A stretch of DNA of 63,298 nucleotides, the filler included, from Conidiobolus incongruus B7586 (lineage: Eukaryota): assembly GCA_000697335.1 (NCBI GenBank). It is 6 parts of 6 records of this genome, joined end to end, with 100 filler letters (N's around TTAATTAATTAA, not from the genome) between each part and the next. Parts side by side here need not be neighbours in the genome. Positions count along the whole stretch, not along the records: positions 46,124 to 59,975 come from JNEM01006451.1; positions 60,076 to 63,298 come from JNEM01006461.1; 4 more parts are not named here. The stretch is one strand, 5' to 3'. The position numbers and the translations under genes are program-made. Each line of letters begins with the position of its first letter. Position 1 is the stretch's first letter. The notes below the pieces were generated by a model. It had not been told where the DNA came from and ran no database searches. It worked only from the letters and a program-made list of their open reading frames with translations. Positions 51,434 to 63,298 of this stretch are shown here, one piece after another.

Positions 51434-54400
51434 ATGGTTCACTAAAAGTACCAAATAAAAATCAACTATTATATTTATGATATCAATAAATTTTTCTCAC
51501 TTTTAAAAAATTTTTTAATACTCAAACCAATAATATAAATTATCCTATAATAAATCACTTTTATTAATTATTATAAAAATTTAAATTATCAATTTAAAAT
51601 TGAAAAAAAACAAAATAATTTATTTCCCCCATCCTAAAATGATAATAATTATAAAAGGTTATATTGATAATATTAACTATTTGAGTTTTAATATTATCAA
51701 TTCAAATTTTTTTAAATAGGATAAAATTAATTCAATTGATCTAGAAATAGATATATGAATGATAAAACTGATTAAAACATATTCTACGTATAGAATTTTA
51801 TTAAAATTACTGAATAAATTCATATTTACAGTCTCTCAAAGAGTTTTATACGTTGTCTCTAATTTTAATATTAAATTTTTCTAATTATCCAATACTATAT
51901 AGGTTTACTAATTATTAGTATTTGTTTAAAATAAAATATATTAACTTTTATAACTTTTTTTTCTTTCATTTTTGATATAATTTTCCTAATTTGATGAATA
52001 TGTTAAATTTATTAATATCATTAAAATTTCTTTTATTGTTTGTTTCTAATATATTGATCCACTCAAATTTTGTAATTTTAAACAATTGAATTTTAATAAT
52101 AATAATATTTAAAACTATAAATTAATTATTCTATCAAATAGACCGAAAAAATTCATGTGGTTAATTTTATATATGTTAATTCAAATGTGAATTTTTAAAA
52201 TGTAAGATAATATAAACAATTCAATTATGATTATTTGGAAATATTTCTATCTATCTAAAATAATTTTAATTAAAAATATTAACGTATATCTCTATCATGA
52301 TATCATATATTATCAATTATCTAATTAATCCAATGTCTTTTATTTGATAATAGTCAATTTTATAGACTTTAGAACTTATAAAAAAATATCAAAATCTTAT
52401 ATAACCTTTTTGGTATTATAAGTCTGAATATATATTGAATTTTAAGTAATATCTAACAATTATTATTCTTATTAGATAATTCAAAATAAGCTAATTAATA
52501 AAATAATCTATATACAATTATTCACATGAAATTATGAGATATATATTTTGGTATCAGGATCTTTATAAAATTTCTCCTGTTATAAAAAACATTCTAAAAA
52601 TTTATATTAAATTTTAAATATTTAATCGATATATATTATTTCCAATATTAATTTTTTAGTATATTTACCTCATGTTTTTTAATAAATAATTTATAAACAT
52701 ATTATAACAATTATATAATGATTTTATTTTATTATTTGATCGATTTATAAAATCAAAAAAAAATTTAAATTTGATTAATATACCTAATAATAATTTAAGG
52801 TATAAAATTAATGAATTATATATATTTTAATATATTAATATATAGATAATTTATAACTTGGCTAAATTAATATTATATAAAATTATCAAGTTTTAATAAA
52901 AAAATAAATTTCAATATATATTTAAAAGTTTCGAATTATAGCGATACATAAAAATCATATCTATATTTATTGAGCTAAATAACTAAACATTATCAAAATA
53001 TAATTCAGTAATTTTATCCATAATATGAACAGAGTATATTTCTAAATATTAGTTGATATTCCAAAACTCAAAAAATATGAGCAAAAAAAGATTCGATTAT
53101 ATCATTGTATTAGATTTGTACTAGATTAGACAAGACCTAGTGAGAGCGCAAAGGAAGCTGAACTGGATTACACGATTAACTGATAAACTATACCAAAGCC
53201 ACGTGCGTTCTCTTCCTCCTATGAGGTTACAGATGTTCAACTATTATACCAGAATAAATCAAATTATGTATGTGAAATTTCAGAGAATGATTATGGATTT
53301 GGGACAATTATTAATATCTAAATTATTTTTTTATTATCCAAAGTACTAGTACTTTAAAAATTAAAAAAATAATTAAAAAATTATTTCGACTTATTTAACA
53401 CCATATTATATTTTAAATTTTCAAGTTTTAAAAATATAATAATATTATAACATCTAATGAAACTTCCTAAAAATACAATTCTAATCCTAATGAATATTTA
53501 TAGATTTTCATATTATTTTGAAAATTACTTGAAACTCTTATAATAAATATAAACAACCATTATTTATGATAATCATTATATGATTTATATAACATTGATT
53601 AAAATATATCAAATTAACCAAATTTATAATATAGTTAATCCATAAAATATCCAATATATAGATCAAATTAATTACTTTGATATTTAACAAATATTATAAA
53701 TATATAACAACATTAGTTGAACTTTTTTGATTTAATAAATTTTATTATATTATTTTATTTAAATTAAAATTTTATATTCAATATATTACTTATATAGTTA
53801 TAAATTTAAATTAATTTAATCAAAAATTTAACTATATATATATATATAAATAATATGTAATTTCACTAAGTATTTGATTAAAATATATATTTTATTGTGA
53901 AAATTATTTAATCAAATGAATTCAAATTCAAATGAGTAAAATTATTATTTTTCCTTATAATATTCTTTTAAAAGTATAAAATCAATATATATTTATAATA
54001 TTATAGACAAAATTGACTATAAATTAAATTTGATATAATTAAAAAATTGAATTTTTGGAATATATTTTAAATAATAAAGATTTTTTAAAATTTATTACTA
54101 ATTTTGTTATTTTTACTTATTATCTTAAATAAACTGGTATTTCATTCGTTTTTAATATATTATGATATTTAATTATTAATATTTGAATATAAAAATTAAT
54201 TACTTAAAATAACCTCTTTTTTGACAAAAATGAATCATATTTAATGAATAAATTAATATTAATATTTAATATTGGTATATTTGAATGAAAAAACAAAAAT
54301 AATATTAAACAAGGTAATTCATAAATTATTATTTAATTATCAAATAAAAAACCAAATGGTATTAGGTGATTAATAAAAAATTTTCAATTTAATATTATAT

Positions 54401-55395
54401 AGATATAATCTTCATATAAAATCCATATGAAAACTCACAAAATATATCAAAAAATATAATATTTTAATTTATTATCTGGAGATTTTTTTAAATATAAACT
54501 ATTATTTATTTTATTTTATTTTATTTTTAATTTAAAAATATTATTTTATTAATTCTTGTTATAATTTAAAATCAAATTATATTTTTAAATTCTTTCAAAT
54601 ATATTAATTAAGTCAAATGTAAAATAAAGCTATCTAAATAATAGTAATAGTAAATTATATAAGATAAAATAAAAAAGGTATTTATATATATTTATAAAAT
54701 AATGGATTATTATTAGTTATATGCAATATTACATATATGTAAGATTTATATAATATATTTAAAATATATTAATAATACATAATTTAAAAATAATAGATTG
54801 TTAGATATTTAAATTAAAAATTAATATAATAATAGTCAAATAATTAAAGATATTGAAGATTTTATTAAATAGTTTATGGATATTATATCTTATATTTATT
54901 ATAAAAATATTCAAACCCGATATATATTAATTATTATGAATATAATATTGATATAATAACTTCAAATTTAATATATAAATCTATTATTAAGTTATTATAA
55001 ATATGCTATTATAGTTCGTTTGAAATTCTAATATATATTTATAGATTTCAATATTATATAGTTTTTCTTTTAAATATATTTAGATTATTTTAATACCATT
55101 TAATTCTATTTTTTAATAATTTTAAATAAATGCCAATATATTATTTTAAGTTTTATATCTTTATTATAAAGTCAAAAGGTTAATTATTTTAATTAATTTT
55201 GACAATTTGTTCCTCAATCAATATTTTAAAATATATCATATATTGAGAAAATATATAGTTTAATTCGACAAAAATTTTTCAAAAAATTTCAAAGAATATC
55301 ATAAATAATCATCAAGTGAATTTTTTTAATCCAATAATATATGTAAATTGTTTAAAATCATAATAGCATATTTAATATTATTATTAAGGTATATA

Positions 55396-55433
<38 letters not shown>

Positions 55434-55870
55434 TATCTTATATTATAATAATATTAATGAAATCTTGAAAATTTGCTATACTTTTGCCATTTCTTTTTAG
55501 ATTTTAAAACAAATTTACATTTTTACAATAAATAAAATTAAAATATTTTAATTCATTATCATATAATATTCATATCAAAGTTTTCAATCATGAATATCTA
55601 TTCTAAATATAAAACATATTTACATTCTCCAATAATTTGATTTCAAAATATTTTTTATAATTAATCCAAGAAATAAGTTTATCAAATTCTTTATATATAA
55701 TTGATGAATTTTTTGAATAAAAATTTGATTATTAGTTATATTTTCGTTATAAAAATTTCAATGACAATTATTGCCAAATATATTAGAATTTATTATATAG
55801 AGCTAATGTTTTCTATTAATTAAGGTTGCTCCATATATTCATGTATATATGGGAATATAATTAAAATATA

Positions 55871-57586
55871 CTAATTTATTAAAATAATAATAAATTCATA
55901 AGATTTTCGAACTGACACCTTTTGGTGAAATTCGAATTCAATAACATGGATCATGTTTCGTTGACATTTATCCAAATCAATGCTTGGTAAGGTGAGAGCA
56001 ATTGCGAAGGAAACACATGCTAATACAGTTGAAATGGCTCACATAAGCCATTGACTTTCACCTAAAGCTTTGATCCAATTTTCTTTAAATTCAATTGGTA
56101 TTTCTGCATGGTTTTGGATATCTGCAAGATCTCCAATCATTTTATGAAGATGTTCAGGAAGATGGCTAATTGAATTCTTTCTTAAACTTAAGTTCTAAAT
56201 GTTATTTCTGATAGCAGCAGAGACTGAAGTGAAGACATTAGCAGTGAGAGTGTGTAATGCGGAGATGTTGTCGATATCGGTAAAATCTACAGTAGATTAA
56301 AGAACAACTAAACCAGCACAAGCAGAAATAGCAGAACTTGCACCAATAACAGCTTTATCAAAGACAACAAACCATTCAGGAGTGTGTAGATAACGTGAAC
56401 CAAAGGTAAGACCAATACCAATAGTGTTGATTACAAGAGCAATTCAAATAATGGGGCGAGCATGGTTAAATTTTCTTAAAAATAATGCACAAATCAGACC
56501 TGTGATGAACCAAGTAACACAGAAACCCAAATAGATCTTGGCGGCATGATTAGCACAAATTTCACGAGCTAAAGTCAAATATGGGATCATGTATTGCTAG
56601 GTGAAAGCTGAGTTAAACATTATGAAAGCTCGGACTAAAATCATGGCCATAGCGGCTCTGTTTTTTAAGAGTCTATAACTAATAAGCTGGTATTTAGTAT
56701 ATTTAACTTGCCAAAATAAGGATCCAATAATGATGACAGTCCCAAAAATAATTAGTACAAATATGGCTGGAGCAGCCCAACCTTCTTCAGGATAACGAAC
56801 AACAAAATTGAAAGGAATAAGGATGCAACCTAAACCAGAGGATAGTAATATAATACCGATCCAGTCGACTTCCTTAAAGGAAGAAGCTTGATAGTTAAAA
56901 TTAGATAACAAGCGCTGAGCTCTGCATTGTAAGCGAAATAAACCGAACAAGATAGAAAGGCCAGTAATAGCAGTTAATACAGCCTGACTGTTAAACAACC
57001 AGCGCCACTTTTCAGCTTTTGAATTTTGGGTAACGACAATAAGGGGAAGAGAAGCTCCGAGAGCAATACAACCAGGAAACCAATTTATAACGAAGCCAAA
57101 GCCACGATTTCTAGGAGTAAGAAAATTGGCTGAAATAATAGGAATGATAAGTGCATGACTTAACTCTCCAAATCCTGCAATGATTTTACCAGTACTATAT
57201 GTTCCAAGATTTCTTGTACTACCATTAATAATTAGACCAATAATACTAATGATTAAAGTGAATGTAAGAATTACATTATGGCCGTATACATCAGACAAAA
57301 CAGCGAAGAGTGGAATGAACAGAATGCCTAACAGATTGTTGATAATTTCTATGACTGTACTAATATCGAAAGCTTTGAAAGAAGAATCTATAATATAATC
57401 AATTTGAAAATTTGCTCCAGAAATAATAGCAATAGTAAAACTTAGTAACAAAACACCAATATAGATGATCCAATTGTCTGCATTGTGGCGAATTTGAGCC
57501 ATTTTCAAAACAATATTATCATTGGATTCATTATTGTGAGAATATTGGGGAGATGGGCCTCCATCTTGGTGTTTGGTATCGCTCAT
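55871..57586 (-). pseudogene. Pseudogene paralog of the MFS siderophore transporter
   Basis: Colinear with 49533-51206 over its full length. In-frame stops at 56597 (TAG, Trp), 56444 (TGA, Trp), 56297 (TAA, Gln), 56195 (TAG, Trp) and 56039 (TGA, Cys), plus a +1 frameshift near 55979 before DLDKCQ. The 329-aa ORF in the track is only its 5' part. Confidence 0.93.
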
Positions 57587-60075
57587 TTTTAAACAAGATG
57601 ATATACTACTCTGATTCCAAAAATATATACATCAAATCTTTGAGATATTTTTTATCAAAAATATTATTTATTAAAATTTTTCAACAAATATTTCCAAATT
57701 TCTCATAAAAATTTTCATTAACAGTTTGTATGCATAATTGTTATCAATATAATATTTTTCAATAACCAATAAAATAACTAAAAAATATATAAATTATTGA
57801 TTTCACATAATTATTTTTATTTTGGTTATTATTACAATATGATAGGTTTTAAAAAAATTTTATAATATTTATTAAAATTTCATTAATTATTCAAAATGTT
57901 TCTCATCATAATTCAAAATTTTAAATTACTGAATAATAATCTTTCTATTTATTATTTTGAAATTCAGAATTAATTCAAGTCAATAATAACTTATTAAAGT
58001 ATGTCATCAGCCTCCTTATAGAATTATTTAATAAGTTATTTTAATATAATTTAACGAATAAATTAAAAATCCTGGATAATCCTATTTTACATTGGATATA
58101 ATATTAAAATCATTTAATTTGTTGAATAAAATTGAATTTACTGAACACAAATTAAAAGATTAATATTAGAATTTGAGTTTACATTTTTGTTTTTTATCCA
58201 ATTAATTGATCAGATAATATTACAATTAGCATAAACATTAAACAAGTTGATGACAAATATGGAAATTTTTTTAAATTTTTTAAAGGAATATGAAATTATA
58301 TACAAATTCAGTCAATGAATATGAGGTTGAAATTATTAATTCGTTATTATCGCAGTAAGTAGATCCTGGAACATGGTATTGATGACGCGCTAGAGCAGTC
58401 GTACCAAAATGATTTGAATTAAGTTGCTAGCGATGAGGGATGAGTATTCGACAACTTGAGCAACGACTAGTTGGGAGAGTGTCGGTTCAAACAACCGTTG
58501 ATAAATTGGTATTGATGCTAGATTATAGATTATTTTTCAGAGGATTCTGAGTATGGATGCTTTATTAGCTATTAGTAGCAGGTAACTGGGAGTAGAAAAG
58601 TCTTTTCATATGTTTGTTGTACGATTAGTTTTCATGCTCTATTTTATTAGTGTGGGGCCATAGTTGTGTTTTGTAAGCTTAATAATGAGAGAAGAATTAT
58701 GCAACTTCTACATATGTTAAGGGAATTTAGGTATGAATTTAAGTACACTGGTTTATATTTCCGAATTGTGATAGTTATCAATAAGCTTTTTTGTTCTTAT
58801 CAGATTGAATTACCATGATAATTTTAAAGTATTCAAGCATTAGAGCATTATTAGTTAATATTCTTTTGATTTGAATGCTCTGGTCAAATTTAAATAATTT
58901 ATATTTGAAATTTAACTATGTATAATGTATTTAAAATATGAATTTGTAGTGATGAAATCAGTATATTATTACTTAATTAGATTTTTACATAACTTTAATC
59001 ATTTGAAATTGAAAATTTTTCGCCCGTATATCAAAAATTTGATATATTAATTTTAAAATATTATGAAATTATCGAAAATCAAATTCTGATTGGTTTAAAA
59101 AATATTAATTTATCATTTGAGATAATTATATTGATTGAAGAGAATTATATTGTGAGAGATAAATAAAACTCAATATGCATATAATATTATATAAATATCG
59201 AGGAATATACTTAAAATAAATTTTGTTCAATAAAATTATTATAATTATCAAATACTTAAATAAGATAACTTTGAAATATTATAATATAATTAACTAGATT
59301 ATTTAATAATTAATTAAATTATATTTATTTTAAGTGGCTTAATTTGATTTTAAATAATTTAATATATATAATATATAACTAATAAAGACCTCAAATATTG
59401 TATCATATTATATTAACTAAATATTATAATGACTTAAATATCATTAGGTTTTATTGGAATTTAACTAATTTAAATCATATTCTTTATAAATATTAACCTA
59501 TTATTTTTAAATATTAAAAATATTCAAAGTTACCATAGATTAACATTAAATAATTACCAAAAACTAAAGAGTTTTATATAATCTTTATGGCAAATTCAAT
59601 TCTAAATTTAATAAATAATTATTAAAATATATAATATATATAATATATATATTTTTAAATCGAATTTAATATTAATTTATCATATATTTAAGTAAATACT
59701 CTAATAATACCAAATGATATTTAACTTATATATATATATATATATATAAATCATTCATTATTTTTATTTAATAATTAGATATAAAGATTATTATAAACTT
59801 TTTATAAAAAATTTAATGATATTTAATAAAGTTTTAAAATATTATTTGGATATATAAAAGATTTTATTAATAATAAATAATATATATTATAATAAATATT
59901 ATATAAAATAGCTAAAAATTTTCTTTTCAACTAATATATTTAATTTAGAAAAATATTTGATCTATTTATATTAACNNNNNNNNNNNNNNNNNNNNNNNNN
60001 NNNNNNNNNNNNNNNNNNNTTAATTAATTAANNNNNNNNNNNNNNNNNNNNNNNNNNNNNNNNNNNNNNNNNNNN

Positions 60076-62155
60076 ATAATATATGCTATTTTTATTTAAT
60101 TCTTAAAGTAAAATTAATTAATAATAAACTCTCTATTGTTTTTTTAAATAAATGTATTTTTAATTAGTATTCTTAATATAATTTGAGAGAACTTATTATT
60201 TTACATGATAATTATAAAATATATAAATTTAAAGCTTTAAAAAACTTTCTAATTAAAAATAAATAGAAAAAACTACTATATCTAGTATATTTTTTAGATT
60301 ATACCTTATACACTAACTTGTAAAAGTAAGTTATAAAATCAAAAATATATATATTTTAATTAATAACTAAAACAATTATATATATTAAATTACTTAAAAC
60401 TATAATATATAATTAAAGTATATTATTTAATAATAAATAAATATATTTAGATATATTTAATACTATTAGTAAAAATATTAACCTTTATTATTTAACTAAG
60501 GTAAGTTATAAATTTACAGGTTTTTGAGATAAAAGGATATATTTAACAATATATAACCATATCTTTTTTCTCTCTTTGTTATTATTTTATATAATATTTT
60601 ACAAATATACTAAATTTTTTTTATTAATATTATTATACTTAAATCCCTCTCTAAAAAAATCTACTTGTGTATTAATCAACTTTATAAAAAAGGTAAATCA
60701 ACTTATAATATTGTTAGAATTACTAGTGTTAGTTAGTTTACTATAGTTAAAATTATTATGAATAGCAATAAAGAAACATTTAAACTTAAACTTAAGTGTG
60801 TTAAAATTATAGATAAACATAATAAGAAGTATATTTATAGGTTAATTAATATAAGCAAGTGTAGTACTACTATAGAAATATAACAAGAACTATAAAACTA
60901 TATAAGAATATTAGTTAGCATTAATACTATTATATATATTTTATATTAATATAGATACCACTTATACTTTAAGAAAAAACACCCTTAACTAAAAAAATCC
61001 TATTATAAAACTAGGTAAAAATTTAAATATTGCTACTAATGTTAAATTAAAACTAATTAGAATAAGGTTATTTAGTTTAATGAAACAAAAATATACTTTA
61101 GTAGATTTGATAAAAAAGTTAGATACTTTAAAAAAGATACAGAATTACTTTGTGACTATTATATTAATTTTACCTAAAAGTATAATAGTAGGTTAATTAT
61201 TGTTTAAGGATATATATTGTTTTTAAGTGTAAAGTATCTTTATAAAGTTAATAAGGGAATTAATACTAAAATATATTAAAGTATTCTAAACAATAAATTA
61301 AAAAAAACTATTGAATAATATAGGTTAAATAAATCTAATGTTATTTTCTAGTAAGATAATGTTTTTTGCTATACTATAGCTTCTACTACCAAATAGCTTA
61401 AAAATAACAAAATAACAGTTATAAAGTAGCTTCTTCAATTTTTTAACTTTAATCTAATTAAACACCTTTAGGATTAGTTAAAAAAAGCTATTAAAGTTTT
61501 CCCCCCAACAAAAAATTTAAATCAACTTTAAAAATATATTTAAGAAATATAAAACAAGATTAACTTTTTTTAATATAAGAAGTTAATTGATTCTATACCC
61601 TATAAACTTAAAGAAGTTAAAAAAGTTAAAGGTAGATACATTAAATTTTAATTATTTTTATCACTAAAAACCTATAAATTTATAACTCACCTTAGGTAAA
61701 ATTTAAAGGTTTATATTTTAACTAATTAATAGTTAAATATCATCATTTAATGATATATATAACTAATAAATATAATAGATTTTAATTATTTAATTTAAGT
61801 TTATTTTATTAAATATTAATCAAGTTATTAATAAAAATATAGGTGTTTTTGATTTTATAACTTATTTTTGTAAGTTAGTGTATAATAATAATTGCTTTAA
61901 ATAATTAAAAAACTAGCTTATAGAAAAGAAAATTTTTGTTAAAAAATTTAATTAGTTTATAAAATATTAAATTTTAATTTTTAATAAAAAAACTATTTTT
62001 TAATTGTTTAAAGCTTGTTAAAAATATAACAAAAAGCTATTAATAGTAAAAAAACTATTAAATTTATATTGTATATTTATTTTTATATATTTTATATTAA
62101 AATGTTTATTTATTTTTAATTGCAAAAATTTCCCAATATTAAAAATATAAAGTAA
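60076..62155 (+). mobile_element. 3' part of a third mariner copy, interrupted by a Tc1 insertion (mariner segments 60076-60310 and 61883-62155)
   Basis: Both flanks are colinear with 44798-45306. HDN...YSPDxxPxD spacing is 34 residues across the insertion. It ends TTTCCCAATATTAAAAATATAAAGTAA-TA. Confidence 0.88.
60311..61880 (+). mobile_element. Full-length (1570 bp) hypermutated Tc1 (DD34E) element with TA TSD
   Basis: TIR CACTAACTTGTAAAAGTAAGTTATAAAATCAAAAA vs 3' reverse complement CACTAACTTACAAAAATAAGTTATAAAATCAAAAA, with TA either side. Relic transposase: *NKVI*FNETK (WxKVIWSDETK), VIF**DNVFCYT (VIFQQDNAPCHT), *LLQFFNFNLIKHL* (WPPQSPDLNPIEHLW), KLIDSIPYKLKEVKKVKGRYIKF. D-to-E spacing is 34. 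Confidence 0.93.
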
Positions 62156-63298
62156 TATTATTGAATTTATTATAGTTCTATTAATTATATACTACTTTTT
62201 TAATATCTTTATTTTGAAATAAACTTTGAAAATTATTATTATTATTATTTATAATAAACATCATATAAACATTAAAATTAAAAACCAAATTAATATAAAA
62301 TCAATTATTTGTCAAAATTCAATATGATATAAAGATAAATATAATAATATATTTCTATAAAATTAAAATATTAAATCTTGTGCTATAGAAAATTATATTT
62401 AATATTATAATATATTAAATTAATTTTAATATTTGACAGATTGACATCTTTTTAGTTGAATAATTTCTCATGTCAAGGTTAAATATTCTTAATAAACTTA
62501 TAAGTTAAAAACTAATAATTTGATATTCAATTTTCTGATCAATATACCTGGGCTTTAATTTGATGGATTTTAACAAATTTATTTTAATTTCTTTTTGATA
62601 GTATGAAAATATTTATTTCTATTAAGTCATTAAACATTATTTATAATAACCAATAATGTTTGAATTATATATAATAAATATACATTATATACACATTATC
62701 CAGAAATTAAATTTAGATATTAAATTAATAATATACTAGTTTAATATTTTCCAAAAATATACATAACTTATATCTTTCAATTTTGATTATATGAATTTGA
62801 AATGTTTTAAACTCATTCAAATATTGAATCAAAAACACTAAATGGAATTATTGTCAAAGTAAACATATATTGATTATTGACCAGAGTATATTTTGAAATT
62901 GTTTTCAATTACAAATTAATAAGTCAAATCGATTAAATTTAATAAAAACATAATAATCAATCTTTTTTTATAATAAGAAACCAAAATTGGATCCTTTGCG
63001 TTTCAAATTATAATATCTAATGAATAACATGTAAATTAAAATATTTTAAGTGATGAAATAAAGATCAGTTAATATAATACTATATAGATAAATATCCCTA
63101 TTTTATCAACGATATAGTTAATTTTTAAAATTAAATTACTTATATTTTATATCATTTAAAAAATTTTTTGTATCATTGAACTTTAATAAATATATTAATA
63201 TATTATTATTGTATAGTTAATTTAATATATATATAGGAATCTTTTTCTTATAGATATATTTTTTAAATGCCAAAAACATTTATAATAATATAAGTTTT

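Noticed and set aside
5758..53349. Short I/L/N/K/F-rich ORFs (5758, 10018, 12571, 15537, 15768, 31941, 32912, 33974, 41033, 53140)
   Set aside because: Composition mirrors AT-rich background, several start at TTG/GTG, and there are no motifs. At best they are fragments of decayed genes.
26357..57398. ORFs 26357-26608, 26655-26900, 29283-29507, 35106-35309, 38565-38774, 50524-50811 and 57180-57398
   Set aside because: Each overlaps a better-supported gene in another frame or strand and has no recognisable motif.
42602..57586. Stop codons at conserved Trp positions (DBR1, MFS copy 2) suggesting TGA=Trp recoding or A-to-I stop-codon editing
   Set aside because: The same loci also have TGA at Gly and Cys, TAA at Gln, frameshifts and damaged catalytic motifs. 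Intact genes use TGG for Trp and some terminate at TGA (26843, 38581). Ordinary G>A pseudogenisation explains it.
1..63298. CRISPR arrays or prokaryotic operons
   Set aside because: No regularly spaced repeat-spacer structure was seen, and the sequence is eukaryotic.

Overview
Very AT-rich (roughly 20% GC by eye), gene-sparse eukaryotic DNA. It is almost certainly fungal, given a Con7-type C2H2 factor, an ARN/Sit1-type siderophore MFS transporter and a fungal-like LSU fragment. An early-diverging lineage such as Conidiobolus/Entomophthoromycotina is plausible but only inferred. The window is six contigs joined by artificial 100-bp spacers (N44-TTAATTAATTAA-N44), so adjacency across spacers is unproven. 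Intact genes: a Con7-like transcription factor, a bacterial-type CAP/SCP protein, two small MGNGYS paralogs, three small secreted proteins, an MFS siderophore transporter and tRNA-Gly(GCC). Pseudogenes: DBR1, a second MFS transporter and two secreted-protein paralogs. There is also an orphan 3' LSU rRNA fragment. Two stand-out signals. (1) Contig 23307-30385 is bounded by a ~1.01-kb near-perfect inverted repeat. Each arm carries the promoter and first 24 codons of one of two otherwise anciently diverged, convergently transcribed paralogs, and a CAP gene lies between them. This looks like a candidate invertible (flip-flop) or gene-converted locus. (2) A DD34D mariner family and an IR/DR-type DD34E Tc1 family, invisible in the ORF track, have been destroyed almost entirely by C>T/G>A transitions. 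This is RIP-like hypermutation, and one Tc1 is nested in a mariner. All alignments were done by eye; no database searches were run.
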